From an uncultured Gammaproteobacteria bacterium (GTDB taxonomy: Bacteria; Patescibacteriota; Microgenomatia; Daviesbacterales; UBA10151): a stretch of 64,000 bases of DNA. Shown here piece after piece: positions 1 to 8,760 of this stretch. A model generated the notes under the pieces. That model was not told the DNA's origin and searched no databases. It was given only the letters and a program-made list of their open reading frames with translations. Position numbers and translations under genes: made by a program. The stretch lies in contig CAYQAW010000001.1 of assembly GCA_964415615.1 (NCBI GenBank), positions 40,593 to 104,592 on the forward strand. The letters run 5' to 3'. Position 1 is the stretch's first letter. Every line of letters begins with the position of its first letter.

Positions 1-703
1 CATCTCCTACAACTGCCACAACAGCTTGACCAGTTTTGGGATTTACTACTAACATCTTTCTAAACTTAAAAAAATCTCTATACCTTGGATAATTTTCAGC
101 AAAACCTGGAGACAGAAATGTTTGAACTGCTAAATAATAACGTTCTCTTTGTTTATCAATTTCCCTAAAATCTTTCTCATTAGGAACAAAATAACCCCAA
201 GCCCCTAAACCAGGCGCCATACCAGCATCAGAGTATTTCGCAAAATCTAATGTGCTATCTGCATGAGCATATAAATTATCTCCTGGATATCTATATAAAT
301 GTTGCTCTCCACCGATCAAACCATAATTTCTGTTAAGTCTAATACCATCTATTTCTGTTTTCACTTTAAGACCAAAATTACGGGACAGTATATCAACAAT
401 ATTATCTTCCTCTACTGTAGACAATAGTCTTACTTCTCTGGGTACTTTGTCAGACAAAACTTCTGCAAGCAGAACATTTTGATCATAGCCTTCAAGAACA
501 TCATCACGGCTCACAATCAATTCAGGAGAAGACAACTGCTGCTTGTAAGGCGTAGATAATAACATTAGGCCTCCTAATGACCCTAAAGCTAAATGTTTTA
601 CAGCATCGCCATGCTTTTCCCAAAATTTATTTTGAATGGCCCTGTGACGGACAATCCATTTTTTCCTTAAATATTCATAATGCGGATTTTTGCTGGTAAA
701 TTT
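1..703 (-). CDS. DPBB-fold (RlpA/3D-like) domain protein, partial; continues past the window start
   Basis: Manual translation of the minus strand from the ATG at 704-706 gives MKFTSKNPHYEYLRKKWIVRHRAIQNKFWEKHGD...NYGLIGGEQHLYRYPGDNLYAHADS...NPKTGQAVVAVVGD with no stop before position 1. The VVNPKTGxxVVAVVGD motif resembles RlpA/3D double-psi beta-barrel domains. Its start abuts the secD stop. It is absent from the ORF track because it is truncated by the window edge. Confidence 0.4.
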
Positions 704-706
704 CAT

Positions 707-2026
707 CTATTTAATAATCAGTCTAAGTAATGTCCTGGTTACCACATAGCTTGTAAACATAGAAATCATTACCCCAATTGCCAAAGTTATAGCAAAACCT
801 CTGATTAAAGATGTACCAAGAGTATATAAAATAGTGGCAGTAATAAGCGATGAAACATTGGATGCCCAAATTGAAGACCAGGCTCTTTTAAACCCTAAAT
901 CCAGAGCCAAAGTTTTGCTTTTACCCCAACGTATTTCCTCTTTCATTCTCTCAAAAATTAAGATATTGGCATCAACTGCCATACCTATTGACAGAATAAA
1001 TCCAGCAATTCCAGCCAGGGTCAAAGTAAATTGTAATTGTGGAATAAAAAAGCCTGTTTTAAAGATTGCCAACACCAAAAGAGTGTAGGTAATAAGCGCC
1101 ATATCTGCAATTAACCCCAAAAAACCATAATATGCAGCCATATACAAAGCTATTACTGAAAGACCTATTATACCTGCCACCAAACTTTTATTGACAGACT
1201 CCTGACCTAAAGTTGGACCAATAAAATGTTGGCTAATTAACTTGATTGGTACAGGTAATGCTCCGGCATTTAATTCAATAGCTAAATTCTTAGCTTCTTC
1301 TGTTGTAAACTGTCCAGTAATGATAGCATTCCCACCATTAATCTCTTGCTGAACGTTAGGAGTAGAGATAGGTTGATTATCCAAAAAAATTGCCAGGGGT
1401 TTTCCAATGTTTCTTTTGGTAATTTCGGCAAATTTTTTACTTCCTTCAGCAGTAAATTCGATTGCTACTTCTGGTCCTGACTTTATCCCACGACCCGAAC
1501 CAAAAGTGACTTGCGCCTTTTTCAAATCAGCACCAGAAAGCCCAGTTTGTCTGGCAAAATAAATAATCGGCACTCCAGATTTGGTAGCTTCAATTTCCCG
1601 GTCAGATAATTTAGCGGGTAACTCTCTAAAATCTAATTGAGCAGTTTTTCCTACCAAGTTTGCTGCAGAAGAAGCATCTTTAACCCCTGGTAGTTCCACT
1701 AAAATCCTTCTCTGCTGTCCTATCTTCGACGTTTGAACTACAGCCTCTGAAACTCCATATAAATTAACTCTTCGCTCTAAAACTTGTTTTGCAGATTCCA
1801 AAGCGCTATCCCTATTTTGAGAATCAATCTTATCCATTTGAGTCTCTAAGATAAGCTCTGTACCACCCTGCAAATCTAAACCTAATTTTAAAGGAAAAAG
1901 CCCTAATATATCAATGCTCCTACCCAAAATTTTGAGGGAGGGTAATTGTTTAATAGGAGGAATATCAATCCATAAAGCCAGCACAGTTAAGACTAGAATT
2001 ATCCAAACTAAAATTCGTGGCCTCAT
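707..2026 (-). CDS. secD: protein translocase subunit SecD (SecD/SecF family membrane protein)
   Basis: 439 aa. It has an N-terminal TM, a large periplasmic domain and a C-terminal multi-TM bundle (LVAGIIGLSVIALYMAAYYGF...AGIAGFILSIGMAVDANILIFERMKEE) typical of SecD. Confidence 0.8.
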   Translation of the reverse strand: MRPRILVWIILVLTVLALWIDIPPIKQLPSLKILGRSIDILGLFPLKLGLDLQGGTELILETQMDKIDSQNRDSALESAKQVLERRVNLYGVSEAVVQTSKIGQQRRILVELPGVKDASSAANLVGKTAQLDFRELPAKLSDREIEATKSGVPIIYFARQTGLSGADLKKAQVTFGSGRGIKSGPEVAIEFTAEGSKKFAEITKRNIGKPLAIFLDNQPISTPNVQQEINGGNAIITGQFTTEEAKNLAIELNAGALPVPIKLISQHFIGPTLGQESVNKSLVAGIIGLSVIALYMAAYYGFLGLIADMALITYTLLVLAIFKTGFFIPQLQFTLTLAGIAGFILSIGMAVDANILIFERMKEEIRWGKSKTLALDLGFKRAWSSIWASNVSSLITATILYTLGTSLIRGFAITLAIGVMISMFTSYVVTRTLLRLIIK

Positions 2027-2050
2027 TAAAAGATTATACCTAATTATTAG

Positions 2051-2692
2051 TTAAATTACTAAACCAGAAAGTAAATCTTCTTCATCCCCCATAAGCATCA
2101 CCTTAGGTTGCGTTATAACCCGTAAGATAAACGGATCGCGTCTTTTGACCCTAAAGCTAAATTCCGCTTCATCCATAAAAGAATAGTTAATCTCACCTTC
2201 ACGCCTTGCTTGTTCATCAGCAATAATCGCTTGCAACTCAGGTGAAACTATCTGCCCAACCACCAACAGATCAACATCTTCTGTGTGAGAAGATTCGTTC
2301 TTGAGATATCGCGTAGCAATCATCGCGTACTTAATCCGACCCAACTTACCTTTATTTCTAATAATTGCCCCGCCTAACCCGGTTGATTTAGATACCAAAC
2401 CCACTAGTTCCCGATAATAAGTATAATCCTTGCGGAAACGATATAATCTGCGATTCGCCCTCCATTCCGAAGAAACCATCCCAAACTTTTCCATCCTTGC
2501 AAGCTCGCGCCTGACAGCGTTAATCTCCTCACTAACTCTTCTGACTATTTCACGAACATGAAAAAGCGCAACAACAGGTGAAGATAAAAAAAGTTGTAGT
2601 ATTTTTACCCGGACTCTTGAGACAAAAAGTTCCTCAAGCATTTTAAAACCTCCTTTCCGGGCAGAAAGTTTCGCCAACTGGCCCCGATTCAA
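2051..2692 (-). CDS. winged-helix DNA-binding protein with a C-terminal nucleotidyltransferase-like region (predicted regulator)
   Basis: 213 aa. The N-terminal wHTH-like segment is LEELFVSRVRVKILQLFL...REIVRRV. The C-terminal part has an EDVDLLVVG-type motif. The family assignment is tentative. Confidence 0.4.
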   Translation of the reverse strand: MNRGQLAKLSARKGGFKMLEELFVSRVRVKILQLFLSSPVVALFHVREIVRRVSEEINAVRRELARMEKFGMVSSEWRANRRLYRFRKDYTYYRELVGLVSKSTGLGGAIIRNKGKLGRIKYAMIATRYLKNESSHTEDVDLLVVGQIVSPELQAIIADEQARREGEINYSFMDEAEFSFRVKRRDPFILRVITQPKVMLMGDEEDLLSGLVI

Positions 2693-2706
2693 TCGGGGCT
2701 GGCGAA

Positions 2707-3888
2707 TCAGTAATTCACTTTTGACCCTTCAGGAACAGTTTGAATCCAAATTTGTCCCCGATTAAATTCTATCTCTTGACCATTTTTGTCTAAGAATTTG
2801 CTCCTGGCAGTTCTGGAAAGCTTACTCCACTTACCCTCCACTACATTACCATCCTGGAAAATGAGCGCCTTACCATTCCCAATTGTTCCATACAACAAAT
2901 GAACATTACCAGGATAACCATCATTAGCATTTGCTTCTTTTTCAAATTGAACAATTATAACCTTAGGAGCAAGTTGAATATTATTATCCAAATCTATATG
3001 ATCTGAACCACCATTTTTTCTCTTGTAAGAATTTGTAGCAGAATCATATATCCAGACAACCTCGTAACCAGGCTGGGATTCCCAGAAATTAACTTTGATA
3101 TTCCCAGTAGCTCCGTCTTCTTTATCGTCTTTAAACTTCCAAGAAATAAAGTTCTTATCCCACTTTATCCCTGCTGAATCCGTAGCTGTCCAACCTCTTT
3201 TGGCTCCCACTTCCCAAAGTTTTGCAGTAGTGGAATACATTGTATGTTCTGTGGCAACCGAACGACCTAATCTTTGATAATCTCTCCAAAAAATAGGAAA
3301 CCCAATACTAAATTGGTTTAAATCATTTACTTCATACCTGATAATCTGACCTAAGGCATCTGCTGGACCAGGAGTATTTGCTCCTCCTACATGAGCATAA
3401 AGCGCATCATACTCTCCTAACCAATCCAAAAAATAAGTTCTCGCTGATCTAACTGGCCCAACTTGAACATCTGACAAGTTACAATAAAAAACTGCCATAA
3501 ATCTGGTAATTCCACCTTCTGCAACTGCCTCGTATACTACATCTGCTGAAGAAAGTCCTGATTGAGGTCTTGATTCTGTGTGATTTTCAATCATCACAGC
3601 CAAAGGTCTTCTCTTGTTCCAGAAATCTGCAGCTTTTTGAGTATGCTTACTACCATTTAATGGACATTCCTCAGTTTTTGGCTCATTTGGATCCTCAATC
3701 AAAGCATCAGTAGGAGTTGGCAATGAAGATACTAAACCTGCCTTGCCAGAAGAAGATTTACCAACTGCACTAAATAATGAATAAGATATGCTTGTTGAAA
3801 CACCATAAAAAAACACTCCTAGAATTATTAAAACTAAAATTCTCTGTAAGCTGTTTAGACCTTGAAATGTACTTACTACTTTATTCAT
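2707..3888 (-). CDS. DUF3048-family exported protein (YerB-like)
   Basis: 393 aa with an N-terminal TM/signal. The core PLAVMIENHTESRPQSGLSSADVVYEAVAEGGITRFMAVFY matches the DUF3048 signature, recalled from memory. Confidence 0.55.
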   Translation of the reverse strand: MNKVVSTFQGLNSLQRILVLIILGVFFYGVSTSISYSLFSAVGKSSSGKAGLVSSLPTPTDALIEDPNEPKTEECPLNGSKHTQKAADFWNKRRPLAVMIENHTESRPQSGLSSADVVYEAVAEGGITRFMAVFYCNLSDVQVGPVRSARTYFLDWLGEYDALYAHVGGANTPGPADALGQIIRYEVNDLNQFSIGFPIFWRDYQRLGRSVATEHTMYSTTAKLWEVGAKRGWTATDSAGIKWDKNFISWKFKDDKEDGATGNIKVNFWESQPGYEVVWIYDSATNSYKRKNGGSDHIDLDNNIQLAPKVIIVQFEKEANANDGYPGNVHLLYGTIGNGKALIFQDGNVVEGKWSKLSRTARSKFLDKNGQEIEFNRGQIWIQTVPEGSKVNY

Positions 3889-3892
3889 AATT

Positions 3893-4363
3893 TTACTGTT
3901 CTGTCATTGCTTTTTTAATTACTAATTCTTCTTCCTTTGATAATTGATACTTACTGCTTTTACCCAAAACTATTTCTTTACCAAATACTCTGGTCCCTGG
4001 TCTCGCATGCAAACTAGTAATTACCATTCCCGTTCCAAAGCTATCCAAAAGGCAAATTGTAAAACTTTGATCTCCTCCTGTATCATCATAAGGATTATAA
4101 CGCAATAGTTCTACTCTTTGTATATGCTGCAATCCTTGATCTCTAATTTTTTCTATCTGCACTTTCAAATCAGACAATTCACCTTTAAAACCTTCAATTA
4201 TTTCTATAATTTCTTCAAATTTTTTTCTGATATCGCGACTTCCAGATTTTGGAAAAAGCGATATTAAAAATTTATTCTGCTTCCAAACCAAAAAAGTCAA
4301 AATAATCAACCAAAAAACTATTACCGCCTCAACCAAAACAAAGACGGCCCAATCCGGATACAT
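3893..4363 (-). CDS. DUF4446-family membrane protein
   Basis: 156 aa with an N-terminal TM, a coiled coil, and a RYNPYDDTGGDQSFTICLLDSFGTGMVITSLHAR motif typical of DUF4446. Confidence 0.5.
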   Translation of the reverse strand: MYPDWAVFVLVEAVIVFWLIILTFLVWKQNKFLISLFPKSGSRDIRKKFEEIIEIIEGFKGELSDLKVQIEKIRDQGLQHIQRVELLRYNPYDDTGGDQSFTICLLDSFGTGMVITSLHARPGTRVFGKEIVLGKSSKYQLSKEEELVIKKAMTEQ

Positions 4364-4805
4364 ATGTTACTCTTTCAATATACTTTATAAATATTAACGT
4401 TGTCAACTAAAGCTTTCATCTCTCTTGGTGCTTGACAGCCTTATCATATCATGCTAGGCTCAACTGAGGCTAATTTTAAATACCGTCATGGCTATCCAAC
4501 AGACTAAAAAACAATCAGATCTGGAAAAGCGCCTGCAGTTACTGCGTAAACAAGTCTATGGCAATGAGAAGTTCAGAGTTCAGAGTTCCCCGGCCTCGCT
4601 CCGCGAAGCGGGGCGGGCAGAGTTCAGAGTCGAAAACAAAGGAACTGTAAACTCTTCTAATGATCTTACTTATCTAGGTCAGGATTTATTAAAGATTTTA
4701 ATCTTTTCATCCGCAGCTATTGGTATTCAAATTGTCTTATTTATACTACTGAAAACTAATATCTTGAAACTAAATTTATTTTGAAGGGAGGTGAAATTTA
4801 AGTTA

Positions 4806-4945
4806 TGGCACAAATGTATTGTGTTAAATGCCGCCAGAAAAGAGACGCAGAAAACGTACAAGAAGTCACTATGAAAAATGGCAAAAAAGCCTCAAAAGGT
4901 ACTTGTCCAGTCTGTGGTACTTCTATGTTTAGAATTGGTGGCTAG
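4806..4945 (+). CDS. small zinc-ribbon protein (CxxC...CxxC, DUF5679-like), 46 aa
   Basis: Manual ORF MAQMYCVKCRQKRDAENVQEVTMKNGKKASKGTCPVCGTSMFRIGG. A GGGAGGTG Shine-Dalgarno sits 8-12 nt upstream and a terminator follows. It is too short to appear in the ORF track. Confidence 0.6.
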
Positions 4946-4961
4946 TTAGTTCACCATTTTG

Positions 4962-4999
4962 AAAAATCCCACAAAGCCACAAGGTAGAGTGGGATTTTT
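4962..4999. terminator. bidirectional rho-independent terminator between the zinc-ribbon gene and rnpB
   Basis: AAAAATCCCAC-[17 nt loop]-GTGGGATTTTT. The stem is flanked by an A-run on the left and a T-run on the right, so it can terminate transcripts from both strands. Confidence 0.6.
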
Positions 5000-5004
5000 C
5001 GTGT

Positions 5005-5270
5005 GTGCCTAGGAAGTTAGTAAGCCAGATTCTGTTTCTCGATGATCATTTATCTAACGCTCCTTACTTCAACAAATGGGCAAGCAGCCCTGTTGGTTCT
5101 AGGATTGCAGCGGGGAGGATTGCCTCGTTTCACTCCCAATTTTCATCAGGATTCGTCACTGTTGCTCTATACTAGGCCTTACGGCTGTCGCCTTACGGCG
5201 ACCACCCTGCTTTGTGCTGTCTGGACTTTCCTGTCGCCTAAGGCGACCGATCATCCTTCTTCCTAGGCAA
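5005..5270 (-). ncRNA. rnpB: RNase P RNA (bacterial type, reduced size about 265 nt)
   Basis: The minus strand reads GCCTAGGAAG...CGACAGGAAAGTCCAGACAGCAC...ACAGAATCTGGCTTAC...CTTCCTAGGC. Both P4 strands (AGGAAAGUCCxGxC and ACAGAAxCyGGCUUA) and a closing P1 helix (CCUAGGAAG/CUUCCUAGG) are present. The GC content is higher than its surroundings. Confidence 0.75.
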
Positions 5271-5283
5271 GTCTATTATACAA

Positions 5284-6252
5284 TTAAATCCTTTTTCCTT
5301 CAATTACTTCAGCTGCTATGATTTGAAATACCACTGCCATTGGAACTGCCAGCAATGCCCCTGGAATACCAAGTAATCTACTGCCTATAGCAATTGCCAA
5401 AATTACCACCAAAGGATTTAATCCCACTGCCCTCCTCATCACTTGAGGCACAATTAGATGATTTTCCATTTGTTGAATTATCAAATACATTGCAGCTACA
5501 CCAACACTCAAAACAGGAGAAATAGTCAATGCCAAAAAAATAGCCGGAATCGCCGAAATTATTGGTCCCATAACAGGTATTACTTCCATAATCCCAGCTA
5601 TTAAAGCAAGCGGTAAGGCAAAAGGAATGCCTAAAATTGTCAAACCTATATAAGACAATACTCCAATCAACAAAGACAAGATTAATTGACCTTGTAACCA
5701 GGCTCCTAATTTCCCTTCAATTTTAATTATAGATCTCCTAATCCTTTCTTCTCTACTTCCAAATAATGAAGCAAAACGGCTTTCAAGATTATCTTTGTCC
5801 AACAGCATATAAAAAGTCAGCACCAGTAAAAATACTATGGTAAGTATATTATCAAAAATAGAAATGGTGATAGAAAATAAATTTTTTGAAAAAGATGTAA
5901 GTTCTGAGGAAAAAACAGACTTATCAATATTGGTGATATTAAAAAATTGAGCTATCAAAGACGGCGAGGCTACTATCAACCTTGTAGTTTGTTCAATTAA
6001 AGGAGGCGATATACTCACAATCAACCCCGCTATAATTACTATTATAATAATGTAGGTAATTGCAATACTTAATGCTTTCGGTACTTTTAATCTGATCAAT
6101 GCTTCTACCAAAGGAGACAAGGCTGAAACAAAAATCACTGCCACAAATAGAATGATCAGAAGATCACGGATTAAATAAGTAACCCAAAGAGCTAATATAA
6201 AAATTGCTGTAAATATTACTGTCCTATGAGAAATATCAATCTTGTGTGACAT
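5284..6252 (-). CDS. AI-2E family transporter (PerM/YhhT-like, UPF0118)
   Basis: 322 aa with multiple TMs. The N-terminus FVAVIFVSALSPLVEALIRLKVPKALSIAITYIIIIV and the overall topology are typical of AI-2E family permeases. Confidence 0.65.
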   Translation of the reverse strand: MSHKIDISHRTVIFTAIFILALWVTYLIRDLLIILFVAVIFVSALSPLVEALIRLKVPKALSIAITYIIIIVIIAGLIVSISPPLIEQTTRLIVASPSLIAQFFNITNIDKSVFSSELTSFSKNLFSITISIFDNILTIVFLLVLTFYMLLDKDNLESRFASLFGSREERIRRSIIKIEGKLGAWLQGQLILSLLIGVLSYIGLTILGIPFALPLALIAGIMEVIPVMGPIISAIPAIFLALTISPVLSVGVAAMYLIIQQMENHLIVPQVMRRAVGLNPLVVILAIAIGSRLLGIPGALLAVPMAVVFQIIAAEVIEGKRI

Positions 6253-7210
6253 CTGCAGCTTGATGATACCATTTAACTATTACTTTTTCCACATTACCAG
6301 AAAGATATTGATCAGTTATATCAAACCATTCAATATCTTTCTCTTTTTTAAACCAGGTTTGTTGCCTCCGGGCATACCCATGAATTTTTCCTTGCATAAT
6401 CTTAATTAAATCTTCTTTACTAATAATCTTTCCCTCTAAAAAATCAGCCAATATTCCATATTCTAATCCCAACTGCCTCATTCTTCTAAGACTCAAACCT
6501 GCTTTATGTAATCTTTCTGCCTCATGAATCATTCCCTGATTAATCCTAGAAATAACCCGTTCATCAATTCTTCTGTAAAGAATATCCCTGGGAGCATTTA
6601 ACCCAATCTTTAAAAGATTAGCTTGCTTAAATCCTAAATCATAAATCATAAATCTACTCTTTTTCGGTCTTACCATTATCATTTCTATTGCCCTAACAAG
6701 TCTCCTAGGGTTGTGTCTATCAGACCCATTAAGGCTTTCCCATTTATTTTTATCTAGATTTTGTAACTTTTGTTGTAATTGCTCTTTAGAAAGCTCCTGC
6801 AATTCCTTTCTTAAATCTTTATCTACAGGAATAACTAGATTTGGTAAGCCTTCAAGCAATGCTTTTAGATACAAACCAGTTCCACCTACAATAATTGGCA
6901 GTTTCTCTCTACTTAAGATATTATCCACAACTTTGTTTGCATCTTTAACATAATTATAAACTGTATATTGCTGTCTAAAATCCACCACATCATACATCCA
7001 GACTTTTACCCCATCCATCTCCCAAAACCCTTTACCTTTTTCAACTACTACTTGCTTATCTGGAAGCTTACCTGTCCCAATATCTAATTTTTTGTAAACC
7101 TGCCTTGAATCACAACTGACCAACTCTCCATTAAACTTCTTAGCTAACTTTAGAGCTAAATCTGTTTTACCAGTTGAAGTAGGACCCACGATCATCAATA
7201 ATTTATTCAT
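6236..7210 (-). CDS. miaA: tRNA dimethylallyltransferase
   Basis: P-loop N-terminus LLMIVGPTSTGKTDLALKLAKKFNGELVSCDSRQVYKKLDIGTGK. This is the classic MiaA start. Confidence 0.85.
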   Translation of the reverse strand: MNKLLMIVGPTSTGKTDLALKLAKKFNGELVSCDSRQVYKKLDIGTGKLPDKQVVVEKGKGFWEMDGVKVWMYDVVDFRQQYTVYNYVKDANKVVDNILSREKLPIIVGGTGLYLKALLEGLPNLVIPVDKDLRKELQELSKEQLQQKLQNLDKNKWESLNGSDRHNPRRLVRAIEMIMVRPKKSRFMIYDLGFKQANLLKIGLNAPRDILYRRIDERVISRINQGMIHEAERLHKAGLSLRRMRQLGLEYGILADFLEGKIISKEDLIKIMQGKIHGYARRQQTWFKKEKDIEWFDITDQYLSGNVEKVIVKWYHQAADVTQD

Positions 7211-8760
7211 TAGTAATTTCTATAGATATAGAAGCTGGTAGTACCATCAGGTTCTGAGATACTTCTAGCTAACCGCAAGGAGGATATCTGTGTAGATAAA
7301 TTGCCTATATGATCAAAACGGGTAACAACGATGCTATTTGGATTAAACACTGCTTGGCCTAGTGTTAAAGGATCAAAGAAGAAGGTTTTGCTAAAAAGAT
7401 CCTCTCTATTATGTTTTATTAAATTAAACCGCCAATACCTATCCGTATAATAGTAAATTCTATTGTCAAAATAGATGGTCTTTGCAGATTTTATATTCTC
7501 CTCCGACAGTACCGCATCCTGCACCCCTAAAATATCGTAATCAAACCAAACATACGACCTTGTTCTATAATCGTTAAAATAATCATGCAAGAAAAAAGCA
7601 AATTGAATAGGAACTGAGATTATTAATATTAAAACTAAAATTTTAGCTAATTTATTGCGTGAGAATAACAAAAATTTAACTGCTGAGGTGGCCAGCAAAG
7701 CAGCAAAAGGTAAAATAAATAATTCCTTAGAAGCCCTATATTCGTTTCCTACTAAAGCTGCAGCGCTAGGAGCAGTAAAAAAGCCCATTATAAGCAGCAA
7801 ATTAAACCAGCCTCTTCTTTTGAAAGCCTGGTATATACCTAAAGGGAGCAATATCACAAATGGTAATAAGAAAACTCCAATTTTACCTGTAGAATGAATT
7901 AAACTAGAATCCCCTTTAAAAAATAAAAAAATTGGATCGAAATACTTAAGATAAACTACCACCATTTGAGTTATTCTTGCCGGCGTTAATAGCGTTATCA
8001 AACCTTCTAAAGGATTTAATTTTGTATTATATAATCCTGTATAACGTACTTGATCTGTCAAAGTATCAGGATATTGTGACAACCAAGGGATAAGAGGTAA
8101 CAACGGCAGAATAAAAGCCAATAAAGGAATCAATATTAAAGCCTTGCTTTTTTTATATCTAAGCGAAACAAGCCATAAAGTGAATAGTATATAAATTGGC
8201 ATAATCACCTTTGTTGCATGATAGCTATGTATACCTATACCTAATAAAAGTGTAGATAAAAATAAAAACCACAAGTTTTTTTTGGAAAAAAATAGATGAA
8301 TTAATACCATCCATCCTAATACAAAAGGTATGGGAAAAAGATTATCAAGTAAAATTCTACTCTGAATAAAGTGCACCGGGGTTAAGGCAAGAAAAAATGC
8401 GGCCAGTAAACCTAATTTTTCACTATCAAATATCCTCTTTGCTAAAAAATAAATTAGAATTATATTTAAAAGCCCTATCATAATGCTCGGCAATCTAATA
8501 GTTATTTCTGAAAGAGGTAATACTGTTAAAAAAAGGGCTGTTAGATATACAATTATTGGAGTGGCCCACATTACTCCAAGATGCCAAAAATACAGAGGGA
8601 AAAACCGGCCGTTCTCGTCAAAACCAGTTTTTGCAATCGAATAAGCATTTAAAGAAAAACCTAACTCATCCCGGTTAAGATGCACTGGAACTTTATCTAA
8701 AGAATAAGTATAAAAAAAACTAACTATTATCAGCAGTAAGATTATTTTAATTTTGCTCAT
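7210..8760 (-). CDS. GT-C fold membrane glycosyltransferase (GT39/ArnT/PMT-like)
   Basis: 516 aa and polytopic. The N-terminal loop DKVPVHLNRDELGFSLNAYSIAKTGFDENGRFFPLYFWHLG resembles polyprenyl-phosphate-sugar-dependent mannosyltransferases. Confidence 0.6.
   Translation of the reverse strand: MSKIKIILLLIIVSFFYTYSLDKVPVHLNRDELGFSLNAYSIAKTGFDENGRFFPLYFWHLGVMWATPIIVYLTALFLTVLPLSEITIRLPSIMIGLLNIILIYFLAKRIFDSEKLGLLAAFFLALTPVHFIQSRILLDNLFPIPFVLGWMVLIHLFFSKKNLWFLFLSTLLLGIGIHSYHATKVIMPIYILFTLWLVSLRYKKSKALILIPLLAFILPLLPLIPWLSQYPDTLTDQVRYTGLYNTKLNPLEGLITLLTPARITQMVVVYLKYFDPIFLFFKGDSSLIHSTGKIGVFLLPFVILLPLGIYQAFKRRGWFNLLLIMGFFTAPSAAALVGNEYRASKELFILPFAALLATSAVKFLLFSRNKLAKILVLILIISVPIQFAFFLHDYFNDYRTRSYVWFDYDILGVQDAVLSEENIKSAKTIYFDNRIYYYTDRYWRFNLIKHNREDLFSKTFFFDPLTLGQAVFNPNSIVVTRFDHIGNLSTQISSLRLARSISEPDGTTSFYIYRNY

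Noticed and set aside
834-1088. Numerous 60-170-aa ORFs antisense to or out of frame with large genes. Examples: 834-1088, 3095-3277, 6711-6953, 7655-7897, 9450-9737, 9900-10154, 15020-15295, 15270-15497, 17113-17370, 18421-18645, 18834-19019, 20742-20933, 21438-21632, 24267-24473, 25518-25823, 26112-26303, 26625-26816, 27099-27605, 27964-28161, 28664-28873, 30962-31243, 31372-31575, 32020-32370, 32554-32790, 34172-34498, 35618-35809, 36121-36354, 36538-36735, 37134-37355, 38201-38383, 38390-38737, 40704-40988, 40985-41452, 41951-42163, 43015-43245, 43277-43474, 44329-44586, 44483-44719, 45210-45440, 45781-45978, 46273-46581, 48374-48688, 48764-49090, 51694-51888, 52755-52964, 54640-54849, 55712-55906, 56291-56569, 57067-57366, 59038-59244, 59485-59727, 60378-60569, 60437-60667, 62907-63095
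   Set aside because: All lie inside well-supported genes on the other strand or in another frame. They are typical shadow ORFs of an AT-rich genome and are not reported as features.
4488-4784. 98-aa plus-strand ORF from the track (MAIQQTKKQSDLEKRLQLLRK...)
   Set aside because: It is spanned by a GC-rich hairpin with flanking AGAGTTCAG direct repeats and has low-complexity composition in the middle. I treat it as a probable non-coding or RNA-element region. It is reported under findings rather than as a CDS.
5042-5266. 74-aa plus-strand ORF
   Set aside because: It lies entirely within the RNase P RNA gene on the opposite strand, so it is spurious.
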